A DNA stretch of 63,540 bases, the filler included, from Octopus bimaculoides (taxonomy: Eukaryota): assembly GCF_001194135.2 (NCBI RefSeq). It is 6 parts of 5 records of this genome, joined end to end, with 100 filler letters (N's around TTAATTAATTAA, not from the genome) between each part and the next. Parts side by side here need not be neighbours in the genome. Positions count along the whole stretch, not along the records: positions 6,938 to 14,221 come from NC_068992.1; positions 14,322 to 40,630 come from NC_069002.1; 4 more parts are not named here. The stretch is one strand, 5' to 3'. This document shows, one piece after another, positions 11,015 to 25,999 of this stretch. Below the pieces are notes generated by a model. The model worked only from the letters and a program-made list of their open reading frames with translations. It made no database searches and was not told where the DNA came from. The stretch's first letter is position 1. Every line of letters begins with the position of its first letter. A program made the position numbers and the translations under genes.

Positions 11015-11441
11015 NNNNNNNNNNNNNNNNNNNNNNNNNNNNNNNNNNNNNNNNNNNNNNNNNNNNNNNNNNNNNNNNNNNNNNNNNNNNNNNNNNNNNN
11101 NNNNNNNNNNNNNNNNNNNNNNNNNNNNNNNNNNNNNNNNNNNNNNNNNNNNNNNNNNNNNNNNNNNNNNNNNNNNNNNNNNNNNNNNNNNNNNNNNNNN
11201 NNNNNNNNNNNNNNNNNNNNNNNNNNNNNNNNNNNNNNNNNNNNNNNNNNNNNNNNNNNNNNNNNNNNNNNNNNNNNNNNNNNNNNNNNNNNNNNNNNNN
11301 NNNNNNNNNNNNNNNNNNNNNNNNNNNNNNNNNNNNNNNNNNNNNNNNNNNNNNNNNNNNNNNNNNNNNNNNNNNNNNNNNNNNATGTATATATCGAAAA
11401 TTAGTGAATGGAGTAGTTAAAATCCAGGCTACATTATGTTT

Positions 11442-11585
11442 CATAGCTACCAGAACCTCAGAAGTAGTAATAGCCTAAACGAGGAGTAATCTGCTGAAAG
11501 CCGTAATAGCCCAAACGAGGGGTAACCTACTGCAGGTAAACCCACCGTTTGGGCTATTATTACTTCTGAGGTTCTGCTAGCTATG
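11442..11585. repeat. Short element with 40-bp inverted repeats (MITE-like)
   Basis: 11442-11481 versus the reverse complement of 11546-11585 shows 3 mismatches. Confidence 0.7.
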
Positions 11586-12086
11586 TAGTACATTTCCAAA
11601 TTTTGGATTTTTATTCGCATACACAGGAACCCTAACTGCTAACTGTAAACTATAAAACAAGGTTTTCAGCTTATCGAACTTCGATATGGAAAAAATTTAC
11701 ATCCTTCTCCGTCAATAAACCACTATTGTTTCTGTAACTTGTTATTTTTATACCTTCAAGGGATTGCTTAAAGCTTACTAGCTTCCTACACCTTTTACCT
11801 CTACACACACACACACGCACGCATACACGCACACATACATATGCATACATACATTCATACACACATACATACATATATACATACATACATACAAACAAAC
11901 AAAAATACCGTATTGTTGATGTTGAAATTCCAATGAAGAGACCTTAGATCTAAGTTATAAACCGGTCCTTTCTCTATTGGCAAGAAATCTTGAAATAAGC
12001 TGAATAATGATATACATAAATGATGCATTACCACTTTCTGAAACTTCAGGCTCGGCACACACTTGTGTATCTATCTATTTATCTAT

Positions 12087-12153
<67 letters not shown>

Positions 12154-12453
12154 NNNNNNNNNNNNNNNNNNNNNNNNNNNNNNNNNNNNNNNNNNNNNNN
12201 NNNNNNNNNNNNNNNNNNNNNNNNNNNNNNNNNNNNNNNNNNNNNNNNNNNNNNNNNNNNNNNNNNNNNNNNNNNNNNNNNNNNNNNNNNNNNNNNNNNN
12301 NNNNNNNNNNNNNNNNNNNNNNNNNNNNNNNNNNNNNNNNNNNNNNNNNNNNNNNNNNNNNNNNNNNNNNNNNNNNNNNNNNNNNNNNNNNNNNNNNNNN
12401 NNNNNNNNNNNNNNNNNNNNNNNNNNNNNNNNNNNNNNNNNNNNNNNNNNNNN

Positions 12454-12770
12454 NTTAGAGTGTCGAGCTTACGGTTGTGAGTTCGAATCCCGGACCGGGC
12501 TGCGTGCTGTGTTCTTGAGCAAGACACTTTATTTCACGTTACTCCAGTTCACTCAGCTGTAGAAATGAGTTGCGACGTCACAGGTGCCAAGCTGTATCGG
12601 CTCCTTTGCCTGTCCCTTGGATAACACTGGCGGCCTGGAGAGGGGAGGCCGGTATGCATGGTCGACTGCTTGTCTTCCATAAACAAGCTTGCCCGGACTT
12701 ATGCCTGGAAGGATAACTTTCTATGTGCAATCCCATGGTCAGTCATGACTGAAGGGGGTCTCAGCATATA
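12454..12770 (+). mobile_element. SINE family D (tRNA head plus CORE-like gtgttcttgagcaag). Related copies: 35660-35815, 36225-36450
   Basis: B-box gagttcgaatccc followed by ctgtgttcttgagcaagacactttatttcac...ctccagttcactcagctg, shared between copies. Confidence 0.7.
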
Positions 12771-13497
12771 CGTACATATAAATGATGAAAGTTTCTTTCC
12801 GATCTATATGTTTATGAAAATGTTTTCCCGGATTCTGTAGCGTATATATTTGAACTGGACACCACTCCGTCGCAGGAATACTCACTTTTTGACAGTTGAG
12901 TGGATTGAAACAACGTGGAATGAAATATTTTTCCCCAAGAATAGGATGCATTACTCCGTCCAGGCATCGGAACCACAATTTTACGATCATGAATGCAGCA
13001 CTAACTATAAACCACGTGCCTCCACCTTCTACTCTCCTCACACCACCCTCCTATATATACATATTTATCTGCCCATTTCATTGTTCGATTTCTAATGTTA
13101 CGTTACTATTGATTGAGTCATTATCCTTTGTCGTCGTCGTTTCATTTGCCAATTCTCCAGTGGTATCTGTATTCATTTGTCTGCTTCATTGTTATTTATC
13201 CGTATATCGTTTCCAACACATTTTATTTCATGTCTTGCCTTCTTAAAGATGATTTTCTGAAATTGTTTAATATCGTTTGGTCAGTTCTCTCTTTCTATTC
13301 TCTCTGCCTGTCGATTTTGTAATCGTATTCTATTTCGCTTAGCTGTGACTAGCTATTGCAATAACTGTTTATTTGTTTCTCACTTATCCATTATCTACCT
13401 ATTCAAGAAATGCTACTTGCTTGAATATTTTATCACTGTATAATATTGAAGGGTATTCTCAGGCACATCGTCAGAGTTAGAAACGAACGATTTAATG

Positions 13498-13550
<53 letters not shown>

Positions 13551-14040
13551 CCTTTCTACTAAAGGCACAAGGCCTGGAATTTTTGGGAGGGGACTAGTCA
13601 ATTACTTCAACCTCAGTGTTTCACTGGTATTTAATTTATCGACTCCAAAAGGTTAAGAGGCAAAGTCGACCCCAGCAAAATTTGAACTCAGATTGTAAAA
13701 CCGAACGAAATACTGATACGTATTTCGCGCTACCAATTCTGCCAGATCGCCGCCTTAATTAATGAGGATGATAATGAAGACAATAATAATTTATTGTACG
13801 TATTCTTTTATTCTTTTCTGGTTTCGATAATTTGACTGCAGTCATACTGGAGCACCGCCTTTAGTCGAACAAATGAACCCCAGGACTTATTCTTTGTAAG
13901 CCTGGTACTTTTTCTATCGACCCCTTTTGCCGAACCGCTAAGTTACGGGGAACGTAAGCATATCAACATCAGTTTGCCAAGCGATGGTGGGAGGATAAAC
14001 ATAGACATACAAATATATACATACATACAGATATATATCT

Positions 14041-14084
<44 letters not shown>

Positions 14085-14321
14085 ACACACACACGCACGC
14101 ACACACACACATATGTACCACAGGCTTCTTTCAGTTTCCGTCGACCAAATCCACTCACAAGGCTTTGGTCGCCTCGAGGCTATGGTGGAATACACTAGCC
14201 CAAGTTACCACGTAGTGGGACNNNNNNNNNNNNNNNNNNNNNNNNNNNNNNNNNNNNNNNNNNNNTTAATTAATTAANNNNNNNNNNNNNNNNNNNNNNN
14301 NNNNNNNNNNNNNNNNNNNNN

Positions 14322-14386
<65 letters not shown>

Positions 14387-14721
14387 ATATGTGAACATGG
14401 TGTATATATGAACATGGTGAAGGTGTAGAGTCTCGTATATACAATATTTAGGGTGAAATTCGAAGTCGATAAAGCAATAAAGAATAACATGCAAATATCG
14501 AGTTATAAACGCTTTGAATAGAAAAAAATGTCGGATTGTTGAAATTCTTGTAACCGCGCACGCGCGCGTATGTGTGTGTACATTATATGTATACATACAT
14601 ATACAAGCACACACACACACACATATATAGCAAAAGGTAAGAACAATCCAGGGATTCAAGTGTAGGAACTTAATATGCTTCAAGCATTTATGCATATGTA
14701 TGTATGTATGTATGTATGTGA

Positions 14722-14766
<45 letters not shown>

Positions 14767-15304
14767 ATAAGGTAGTCAGAATGTTAGATGATTATATATA
14801 AATTTATTTTTAACGCTTTCTTCCATTATCGGATTTATCAAAAAGTGGTTTAAAGTTAGATTTCTTGGCCCTTTTATATATAAATTCCACTGAGCAATAT
14901 TTTGTATTCGTATTTTCTTTCTGTATTTCCTTTCTTTCATCGTCTGATATAAATTGCTGATGGTCTTGGTAGTTTAATTAGTACACGTAATTTAAACGAT
15001 AGGCCTTTTTTTCTTCACCTATCTATCTAAAAATATGTGGAGAAGGAAAATTCAAAGTTCCAAAAGCAAACGGAACTGTACTTCACAAAAAACGCCCTCA
15101 ACAAAAATTAATATAACTATATATTTTTTAGAAATTCCACTTATGAGAATTCTATATCAATTTGATTCTATATATATTAAAGATGATTCCAAGCCATTGC
15201 TAAACCTTTTTACCACATGGTTGTTGGACCTTGCAAAACACTCCAGATTCCGAAATTCGGGAGAAAGAAAATCGCCAACGATACACACGCGGTTACATAT
15301 GTAT

Positions 15305-15740
15305 AGTGGCTGTGTGGCAAGTAGCTTGCTTACCAACCACATGGCTCCGGGTTCGGTCCCACTGCGTGACACCTTGGGTAAGTGTCTTGTACTATAGCCA
15401 AGAGCCAATCAAAGCCTTGTGAGTGGATTTGGTTGATGGAAACTGAAAGAAGCTTGTCGTATGTAGATATAAATATATATGTGCGTGTGTGTGTGTTTGT
15501 GAATGTGTCTGTGTTTGTGTATGTATGTGTATATGAGTGTGTGTATTTGTGTTTTCCCCACCACCATTGCTTGACACCCGATGCTGGTGTGTTTACGTGC
15601 CCGTAACTTAGAGTTTCGGCAAAAGACACTGATAGAATAAGTACTAGGCTTACAAAGAATAAGTCCTGGGGTCAATTTGCTCGACTAAAGGTGGTGCTCC
15701 AGCACAGCCGCAGTAAAATGACTGAAACAAGAAAAAAAGA
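15305..15740 (+). mobile_element. SINE family B, near full length. Other copies: ~1590-1885, 3890-4130, 6020-6170, 13805-14221, 19780-20280, 21822-21995, 23040-23230, 34945-35200, 56065-56680
   Basis: Head gtggcaagtagcttgcttaccaaccacatgg...gggttcggtccc and tail gatagaataagtactaggcttacaaagaataagtcctggggtc...ctccagcatggccgcagtc recur throughout the window. Confidence 0.8.
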
Positions 15741-16333
15741 ATATATATATACATAAATATATATATTTACGTATATGTTATATATATATATACTTTATCC
15801 TTTTGTAAATACACACACATATTTACGTACATACATACATACATACATACATACACACATACATACATACATACATACATACATACATACATACTTACAG
15901 ACATAGTATGTGTTTCTATGTCTGTGAGATAGCACGTAAATGTACTGAAAACTCCGCTGGCATCTAATCAAAATGTGTTGTAGACTATTTTAATTTTAAA
16001 ACCAAACACAAAAAACAGGTCTTTATATATATTTATTGATTTATTTTGTTATAATATCGTAATTGGTGAACAATAGCTTCGTTGGTTACACGTTTCCAAC
16101 GGCCCAATCTGCATTTCTGACGGCGAGAATGACAAAGGAGTATCTGTAACACGGTGCAGAACAATAATCTCAAAGGACTGCGTTTGTTTCGAAGAGCACC
16201 GGTTATGTTTCTTTTTCTATTTTCTTGTTTATTTTTGTTGTTTGCTTGTTTTCTCGCCGATGTTTAGAACATCCTCCTATGCCGTTTATATATAGCAGCG
16301 GAAGGTTTACACATACATACATCCGTAAGAGTA

Positions 16334-16374
<41 letters not shown>

Positions 16375-16713
16375 NNNNNNNNNNNNNNNNNNNNNNNNNN
16401 NNNNNNNNNNNNNNNNNNNNNNNNNNNNNNNNNNNNNNNNNNNNNNNNNNNNNNNNNNNNNNNNNNNNNNNNNNNNNNNNNNNNNNNNNNNNNNNNNNNN
16501 NNNNNNNNNNNNNNNNNNNNNNNNNNNNNNNNNNNNNNNNNNNNNNNNNNNNNNNNNNNNNNNNNNNNNNNNNNNNNNNNNNNNNNNNNNNNNNNNNNNN
16601 NNNNNNNNNNNNNNNNNNNNNNNNNNNNNNNNNNNNNNNNNNNNNNNNNNNNNNNNNNNNNNNNNNNNNNNNNNNNNNNNNNNNNNNNNNNNNNNNNNNN
16701 NNNNNNNNNNNNN

Positions 16714-16759
<46 letters not shown>

Positions 16760-17731
16760 GGAAGAGAGAGAACGAGGGAAAGAGAGCGTGTGAGAGTGGG
16801 AGTCAAGACGTGATGAAGAGCACGTTGAGAGAGGAAGAGATAGAGAGAAAGAGGAAGAGATAGAGAAATAGACACACACAGAGGTGGGAGAAAGAGAGAG
16901 AGAGAGACAAACTCAGAAACACGATTTGAGATATTAATTGACCAAGTAATGTCCCTTTATAAACACATTACTGTTGACCTCTCTTGTCTGTGGAGAGAAT
17001 ATTAGGTGACATCAACACCGAGGTTCTTTTATTATATTTATCAACGAATGAGTTTATTGTTTCGGTTTTTTTTTTCTTTCTTTTTTGTTGCTGGGGAAAC
17101 AAAGGATTATTGTTGTTGTTGTTGTTGTTGCAATTATTAGTTCTTCATTTGCTTGTTTATTTGTTTCATATTTTTTAGTTTGTTTGTCATGTTTTGCTTT
17201 ATGTTTTATGTTTGTCTTATTTTATCAACAAGAGACGCCATTTTTAAGTTCATCATCTCTCGAAATTGTTGCTATTGTTTGTTAAATTTTTAGTTTACTT
17301 TTTCAATTTTTTTTTATTGTATTATTATTATTGTTATTATTATTGTTTAACCCCAGGTCAACCCTGATCAAGCCACACCTTATAAATGAAAGCCGTGACC
17401 ATCCCGTCTTCATCGTTTTTTGGTAGCGGATAACAGAAGGAGAGATTCATGACTTCATTATGAGATGTATCCTTCCATTTTTTTTATAACGGGGATATAA
17501 TTTGAGGGAGATTTGACTGCTATATCCAGCAGGATCGTTTGTATATGTGATAATAAACACAGCAGATGTTGCTCGTAGACCACTGTTCATTTACCATTTT
17601 CTAAATTTTTTTTGTTTCGTTCTCTTACTTCCTTTTCTTTCTCTTGGATTCTTTCATTTTGGTTTTCATCATCATAATCATCATCATCATCATTATTATT
17701 ATTATTATTATTAATATTATTATAATAATTA

Positions 17732-17789
<58 letters not shown>

Positions 17790-17977
17790 GAATTTATTTA
17801 NNNNNNNNNNNNNNNNNNNNNNNNNNNNNNNNNNNNNNNNNNNNNNNNNNNNNNNNNNNNNNNNNNNNNNNNNNNNNNNNNNNNNNNNNNNNNNNNNNNN
17901 NNNNNNNNNNNNNNNNNNNNNNNNNNNNNNNNNNNNNNNNNNNNNNNNNNNNNNNNNNNATATTATTATAATAATTA

Positions 17978-18035
<58 letters not shown>

Positions 18036-18089
18036 GAATTTATTTACTTTATGTTGGTCTATTTCGAGTCAGTTCGAAGGTCACCTTTG

Positions 18090-18617
<528 letters not shown>

Positions 18618-19056
18618 TCAATTAAAATTCAAGGCGAAAATGATTAAATTTTGTGTGTTTACAGTTGTTTTATAATACACATTCAGTTACAACATTGATT
18701 ACGCATTGTATACATTTCACAAGTCCTAAATACATATATGTATATATAAATATATATGAACACAAGCAATTGTATAATCATCTAGCGACGCACCGAACAG
18801 GAGTACTCTTCAAAATATATTCTGGATATTACAAAATCGTCTCTAGCGTATAAGGCAAAATCAACCCATTGTACAAGAGATATTAGTATAGTGGCAAAAA
18901 ATTCTTTTGGAAACAAAATATCCTTTTAAAAATCTCAGAAATGCCCATTCTAAAATCCTAAAAACAAAACAACAATAATAAAAAAGCCGTAATGAGTATT
19001 TCATTAGAATTCCGAAACTATACAATTAGGAAATGTATACAGCAGTGCTGCTCAGC

Positions 19057-19094
<38 letters not shown>

Positions 19095-20659
19095 NNNNNN
19101 NNNNNNNNNNNNNNNNNNNNNNNNNNNNNNNNNNNNNNNNNNNNNNNNNNNNNNNNNNNNNNNNNNNNNNNNNNNNNNNNNNNNNNNNNNNNNNNNNNNN
19201 NNNNNNNNNNNNNNNNNNNNNNNNNNNNNNNNNNNNNNNNNNNNNNNNNNNNNNNNNNNNNNNNNNNNNNNNNNNNNNNNNNNNNNNNNNNNNNNNNNNN
19301 NNNNNNNNNNNNNNNNNNNNNNNNNNNNNNNNNNNNNNNNNNNNNNNNNNNNNNNNNNNNNNNNNNNNNNNNNNNNNNNNNNNNNNNNNNNNNNNNNNAC
19401 CACCACCACCGTATTCATTCGAATTTTCAAACAATCCTATAATATTTTTATAATTAAATATTACTAGTAATAATGTAAAAAATAAATCATAATAATTTGT
19501 ATATTGTTAAAGTATAACCAATTTATTGCACATAAACCTTATCCTATATAATATACTATATGAACTCCACAATATCCTATACGAAACCCAGTTAAGAACC
19601 ACTATGTATAAGGCGTAGACACACCCCAAGGAGGTCAAATGCAATCAATCATTCGTATGATATTTAAAATATAAGTTAGAGTACATATTCATTGACCGTT
19701 CATACCAAGCTAGACAAATTCGTCACAGACACACACCGTGTAGCATTTATCTCGAGATAACATCTCTTGTCACATAACTCTTTTATCTTTTACTTGTTTC
19801 AGTCAGAGTGCGGCCATGTAGTTCGTTTAACCTTACAAAGCGATGCACCAGCAAGGGTGCAGTCCAATAGCTGAAACAAGAGAGTAAATAGAATAAATAT
19901 ATTCATACTTGTCTCAGTTACTGGAGTGCGGCCACGCTGGAGTACATCCATTTACGAGGGTTTTCGGTCGAACGAATTGACTTCAGTATCTATCTTGTCA
20001 AGCATATTGCTTACTCTATCGGTCAGTAATTTGCCGAACCACTAAGTTACAGGTAACTAATAGCGGTTGCCAGGTGATAGTGAGGGACAACCACGAAGAC
20101 ACACACACATATAAGTATATACATACATGTATGACGGGCTTCTTTCAGTTTCCGTCTACCAAATCCACTGACAAGGGCTTGGGTTGGACCGGGGCTATAT
20201 AACAGGCCACAAGCACCCAAGGTGCTACGCAGTGGGACTGAACCCGGAACTATGTGGTGTGGTATCAAACTATACAGCCACGTCTGCACCCTACAGACAC
20301 ACACACATACACACACGCAAATAAACGAATGAATATAGCTACACACACAGATTCAACCGCTATCACTATGATCACCACGACTATCACCACCACCCCCTAC
20401 ATCTACACAACTATGATCCCCTGCTCACATGTCGACTGTGCTCAGTGTACTGTTTTTTGTAGATGAACGACAAGATAGGGCGAGTGACCAACGGGTAGAG
20501 GGACGGGGGTAGAACAGAAATCAGCGAGTCGGCCCTTGATAGAAATATAGCGGCACCAGGTTAAGAGGATACAGACCCACTGGAGATAGATCTAGGGGCA
20601 TTTAAAAAAGAATTTTACATGCATACTCCTGTAAATATGTCTGTGTGTGTTCGTGTTTT

Positions 20660-20694
<35 letters not shown>

Positions 20695-23600
20695 GCACGC
20701 AGAGACAGAGAGAGATGAGGAGGCATGGCCTCATGGCTAACAAGTACGCGTTACAAACCCGTAATTTCAAATTTAGTTCCACCGCTTAGGTCAATAACTT
20801 TTATTATATGGACTTAGGCCGACTATANNNNNNNNNNNNNNNNNNNNNNNNNNNNNNNNNNNNNNNNNNNNNNNNNNNNNNNNNNNNNNNNNNNNNNNNN
20901 NNNNNNNNNNNNNNNNNNNNNNNNNNNNNNNNNNNNNNNNNNNNNNNNNNNNNNNNNNNNNNNNNNNNNNNNNNNNNNNNNNNNNNNNNNNNNNNNNNNN
21001 NNNNNNNNNNNNNNNNNNNNNNNNNNNNNNNNNNNNNNNNNNNNNNNNNNNNNNNNNNNNNNNNNNNNNNNNNNNNNNNNNNNNNNNNNNNNNNNNNNNN
21101 NNNNNNNNNNNNNNNNNNNNNNNNNNNNNNNNNNNNNNNNNNNNNNNNNNNNNNNNNNNNNNNNNNNNNNNNNNNNNNNNNNNNNNNNNNNNNNNNNNNN
21201 NNNNNNNNNNNNNNNNNNNNNNNNNNNNNNNNNNNNNNNNNNNNNNNNNNNNNNNNNNNNNNNNNNNNNNNNNNNNNNNNNNNNNNNNNNNNNNNNNNNN
21301 NNNNNNNNNNNNNNNNNNNNNNNNNNNNNNNNNNNNNNNNNNNNNNNNNNNNNNNNNNNNNNNNNNNNNNNNNNNNNNNNNNNNNNNNNNNNNNNNNNNN
21401 NNNNNNNNNNNNNNNNNNNNNNNNNNNNNNNNNNNNNNNNNNNNNNNNNNNNNNNNNNNNNNNNNNNNNNNNNNNNNNNNNNNNNNNNNNNNNNNNNNNN
21501 NNNNNNNNNNNNNNNNNNNNNNNNNNNNNNNNNNNNNNNNNNNNNNNNNNNNNNNNNNNNNNNNNNNNNNNNNNNNNNNNNNNNNNNNNNNNNNNNNNNN
21601 NNNNNNNNNNNNNNNNNNNNNNNNNNNNNNNNNNNNNNNNNNNNNNNNNNNNNNNNNNNNNNNNNNNNNNNNNNNNNNNNNNNNNNNNNNNNNNNNNNNN
21701 NNNNNNNNNNNNNNNNNNNNNNNNNNNNNNNNNNNNNNNNNNNNNNNNNNNNNNNNNNNNNNNNNNNNNNNNNNNNNNNNNNNNNNNNNNNNNNNNNNNN
21801 NNNNNNNNNNNNNNNNNNNNNGCTTGACAACCGATGCTGGTGTGTTTACGTCCCTGTAACATAGCGGTTCAGCATAAGAGACCGATAGAATAAGTACTAG
21901 GCTTACAAAGAATAAGTCCTGGGGATCGATTTGCTCGACTAAAGGCGGTGCTCCAGCATGGCCGCAGTCAACTGACTGAAGCAAGTAAAAGAGAGATACA
22001 TATATATATACATATACACACACACACACAAACAGACCTGTCTTTCTTTCTTTCTTTCTTTCTTTTTTTCCCTCTCTCTCTCTTCCCCTCTCCTCCGAAG
22101 GCTGCAAACTCCTTTACCTTTCTTTCTCCATTACTGTCCACTTTTCATGTACTCCTCTCACCCTCACTCTTACATACTACCTGCCACCTACACCTACTCT
22201 TTATAACCTAAACTAATCAGTCTCCTCTCTCTTTCCCCCGCTGTCCTGGTCGTCATCTTTACTCCGTTCAATCAGGCGACGCCGTATCTCCGAAGTCCAG
22301 CGCCAAAATGTCTCAAACATAGAAAGGGAGGCAGAATGCGAATGGTATGGATGGGGCTGTGTATATAATATATATGCTGGTGTCTCCATCTTTCAGACAG
22401 GACGCGCGCGCGCGCATATTGATGCTCGATCGTTTCAGCTACACTAAACCAATTGCACTCTTCAACATCAGGAGGGAAAAAGAAAAGTTCTAACACACAC
22501 ACAAGCACACACACACACAGAGAAAGATATACACACACAGACACAGATAAATGCGTAAAGAAAAATGGACGCCGGCAACAATGACAACGTTTTTAGTGGT
22601 GATGTATCGTCGTTCAACCTCTCCACTCAATCAAACGACGCCTTGAATTCTTGTATTCCTCCCACCGCTACCCCACTTAGTCTCCGACTTTCCCTAACTT
22701 CCTTTTCTTTCTTTCTTCCTCTTCTTCTCTTCCCTATCTGTCTTCCATATTTTTTCCGTAATCCTTTTTCCTCCTCATATCATCGTCTCCTCCGGCTGTT
22801 TACTTCCTTTCTATTCTGTTCTGTTTTACGCCATTTTCCCACTCTCCTTCTTTCATCTTTTCCTTCTTTCTTGTATCTGCTGGAGCACCGCCTTTAAAGG
22901 GTTCAGGCTGTTGGTCCTCAACCAGGGTCCACATGACCCCTAGGGGCTCATATAATATTTTTATTGTTAAAATTTATCTGCAATAAAATTGCTAAAACTT
23001 TCTACAATACACAAAATATTTAATTCTTTCTTTCATTTTTTGTTTTACATTTGTTTCAGTCATTTTGACTGCGCCCATGCTGGAGCAACGCTTTGAGTCG
23101 AACAAATCGACCCCAGGACTTATTCTTTGTAAACATAGATCTCATAGTCGAACCGCTAAGTTACGAGTATGTAACGGGGATGTAAACACACCAACATCAG
23201 TTATCAAGTGATGGTGGGGAACAAACACAGATACACACACACACACACGCACACACACATATATATATGGTATATCCACCCCCACCCCCAAATGATGAGC
23301 AAACACAAAAAACATAACAATATATATATATATATATATCGACTTAAAATTCACACTGGGAAAGATTCGACTCACGCCCCTAAATAGTTCTTTTCAAGTT
23401 GCTACTTTTGCATCACTGCAGCCGAGTGACGAAAATAAGTATAACAACGAAAGGAATATCAGAATAACAGAAGAAACGAATACGTTTCCGAGTACAGTGT
23501 AAAAAGACTAAATTTTCATTTCAGTCTAAAATCAGTTAATCTTCCAATTTCAATTTGTAAATTCCCCAAGACACTTTAACTCTTACATAAACACTGTAAC

Positions 23601-24737
23601 TAATAGAGTTTTACACAGTTTTACTAAGATTACATAACGCTATATTATGTCGTACATAATTCCACAGTAATGTAAATATTCGTTAAGATGTATACAGCGA
23701 AATCTGTGGAGGATTAATGTTAGGGTAATGTTTACGAGATCAGGAGGCGGGAAGTTGAGTCGACTCGAGACAGTTGACAGCTTTTACTTGTAGGGATTTA
23801 CTTATAGAAAAGTTATATATATATATATATATATATACATATATATGTATGTAAATATATATATGTTAGCATATAAATCTGTGTGCGTTTGTCATATATG
23901 TATATATACACATATAAATTTATATATAATAGAGACGGAAAATAGAATATGAGAGAAACTTTATTTGCTCACAACGATCGTTTCGACACATCTTACATCG
24001 ATTCACGCATGAAGGATACTGTACAACATTTAAATATTCATATACATATACATATACATACACACACACACACACATACACGCAGGCATGATACACGCAC
24101 GTAATGAATGTTATGTACATATATATATATATATATACATATGTATATATATATATATATATATATANNNNNNNNNNNNNNNNNNNNNNNNNNNNNNNNN
24201 NNNNNNNNNNNNNNNNNNNNNNNNNNNNNNNNNNNNNNNNNNNNNNNNNNNNNNNNNNNNNNNNNNNNNNNNNNNNNNNNNNNNNNNNNNNNNNNNNNNN
24301 NNNNNNNNNNNNNNNNNNNNNNNNNNNNNNNNNNNNNNNNNNNNNNNNNNNNNNNNNNNNNNNNNNNNNNNNNNNNNNNNNNNNNNNNNNNNNNNNNNNN
24401 NNNNNNNNNNNNNNNNNNNNNNNNNNNNNNNNNNNNNNNNNNNNNNNNNNNNNNNNNNNNNNNNNNNNNNNNNNNNNNNNNNNNNNNNNNNNNNNNNNNN
24501 NNNNNNNNNNNNNNNNNNNNNNNNNNNNNNNNNNNNNNNNNNNNNNNNNNNNNNNNNNNNNNNNNNNNNNNNNNNNNNNNNNNNNNNNNNNNNNNNNNNN
24601 NNNNNNNNNNNNNNNNNNNNNNNNNNNNNNNNNNNNNNNNNNNNNNNNNNNNNNNNNTATATATATATATATATATATACATATATGCAAATATGTTTAA
24701 ATGTACAAAGACTCACTCAAACATACATATATGTATA

Positions 24738-24945
24738 GAGCAATCCCTTGACTATCGCGGGCTTTACGTTCTAAAACCTCCCACAGAAATAATCAAAATC
24801 TAAAAAAATATAAATACCTATCGGCCGCAGAAAACCGCGATATACTGAGGATTCCGCGATATAAATTTACATATACTAGCCAGAAAAAAATCCGCGATGC
24901 ACTGAGTGCGCAATAGGTGAACCGCGAAAAGGCGAGGGATTACTG
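24738..24945. mobile_element. pogo/Tigger-like MITE
   Basis: Left end gagcaatcccttgactatcgcgg follows TA; right end ccgcgaaaaggcgagggattactg. Together they resemble a CAGTAATCCCTCG-type TIR; internal ccgcgata repeats are present. Confidence 0.65.
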
Positions 24946-25009
24946 TGTTTATATATGTGCACATGCATGTGTGTGTGTGAGGGAGATGTGCGTATGTGCA
25001 CTTCTACCA

Positions 25010-25048
<39 letters not shown>

Positions 25049-25291
25049 CATCTTTCTGCCTATCTAACTATCTATGTATATAGCTATGTGTCTTTTATTT
25101 ATCAGTTCATCAGAGAAATGGTTGCTGTATACGGCAAAGGATTCAGAGAAAGACTACGTGTTAAAAGGAAGAGCCGGTAATTTTTCGCTACATATATTTA
25201 CATAACACACACACACACACACACACACAGTCATATACGTATATACTAATTTATGCACGATAAGTAACGATTACCAACACTCTCTTTCTGG

Positions 25292-25330
<39 letters not shown>

Positions 25331-25999
25331 ACAAGCAGAGAAGCACCCAATCTACATGCGTATATGAAGATAACTGCTATTGTCCATTCCAAAGCTGGGC
25401 ATCAAATTCACATTAACTGGCTCTGCTGTAATATAAACTGCCTTATTTCAAACATATCAGCCTCTAGCTTACCATATTTCATATATTCCTGTTAAAACAC
25501 GGATCGCACCTCGTTTCATAGTCTTGTTGTAACACCTTGGACCGCCATTAAGCGTTTAGTATATAAAATACAGATTAGCTAACGTAATAATACTCGGCCA
25601 GTTAATTGTGATTGCTTAGTTAGCTTCGTGGTGTTGGTAATAAAAATAGCATGGAAAGTGGTTTCGCTTTTCAGATATCTGGTATTCGTTTCAGAACTAC
25701 GCCAACAAACGATTGTTAATTAATAATTAACATACATACATACATACATAAATATACACACACTCATACATACATACATACACACACACATATATACATA
25801 CATACATCCATACACACAAATACGCTCACATACATACACACACATATACATACATATACACACACATACATACACACACACACATACATAAACACACACA
25901 TACATACACACACATACATACACATACATACATACACACACACATACACACACACACATACATACATACATACATACATACATACACACACACATGCAT

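Noticed and set aside
15035-15408. ORFs on both strands at 15.0-15.4 kb
   Set aside because: They run into a SINE, and I found no convincing splice pair or homology.
22272-22544. WFSVAETI as an Msx eh1 motif
   Set aside because: Spacing does not fit FSxxxIL, the ORF starts in a (GT)n microsatellite, and it ends in a stop.
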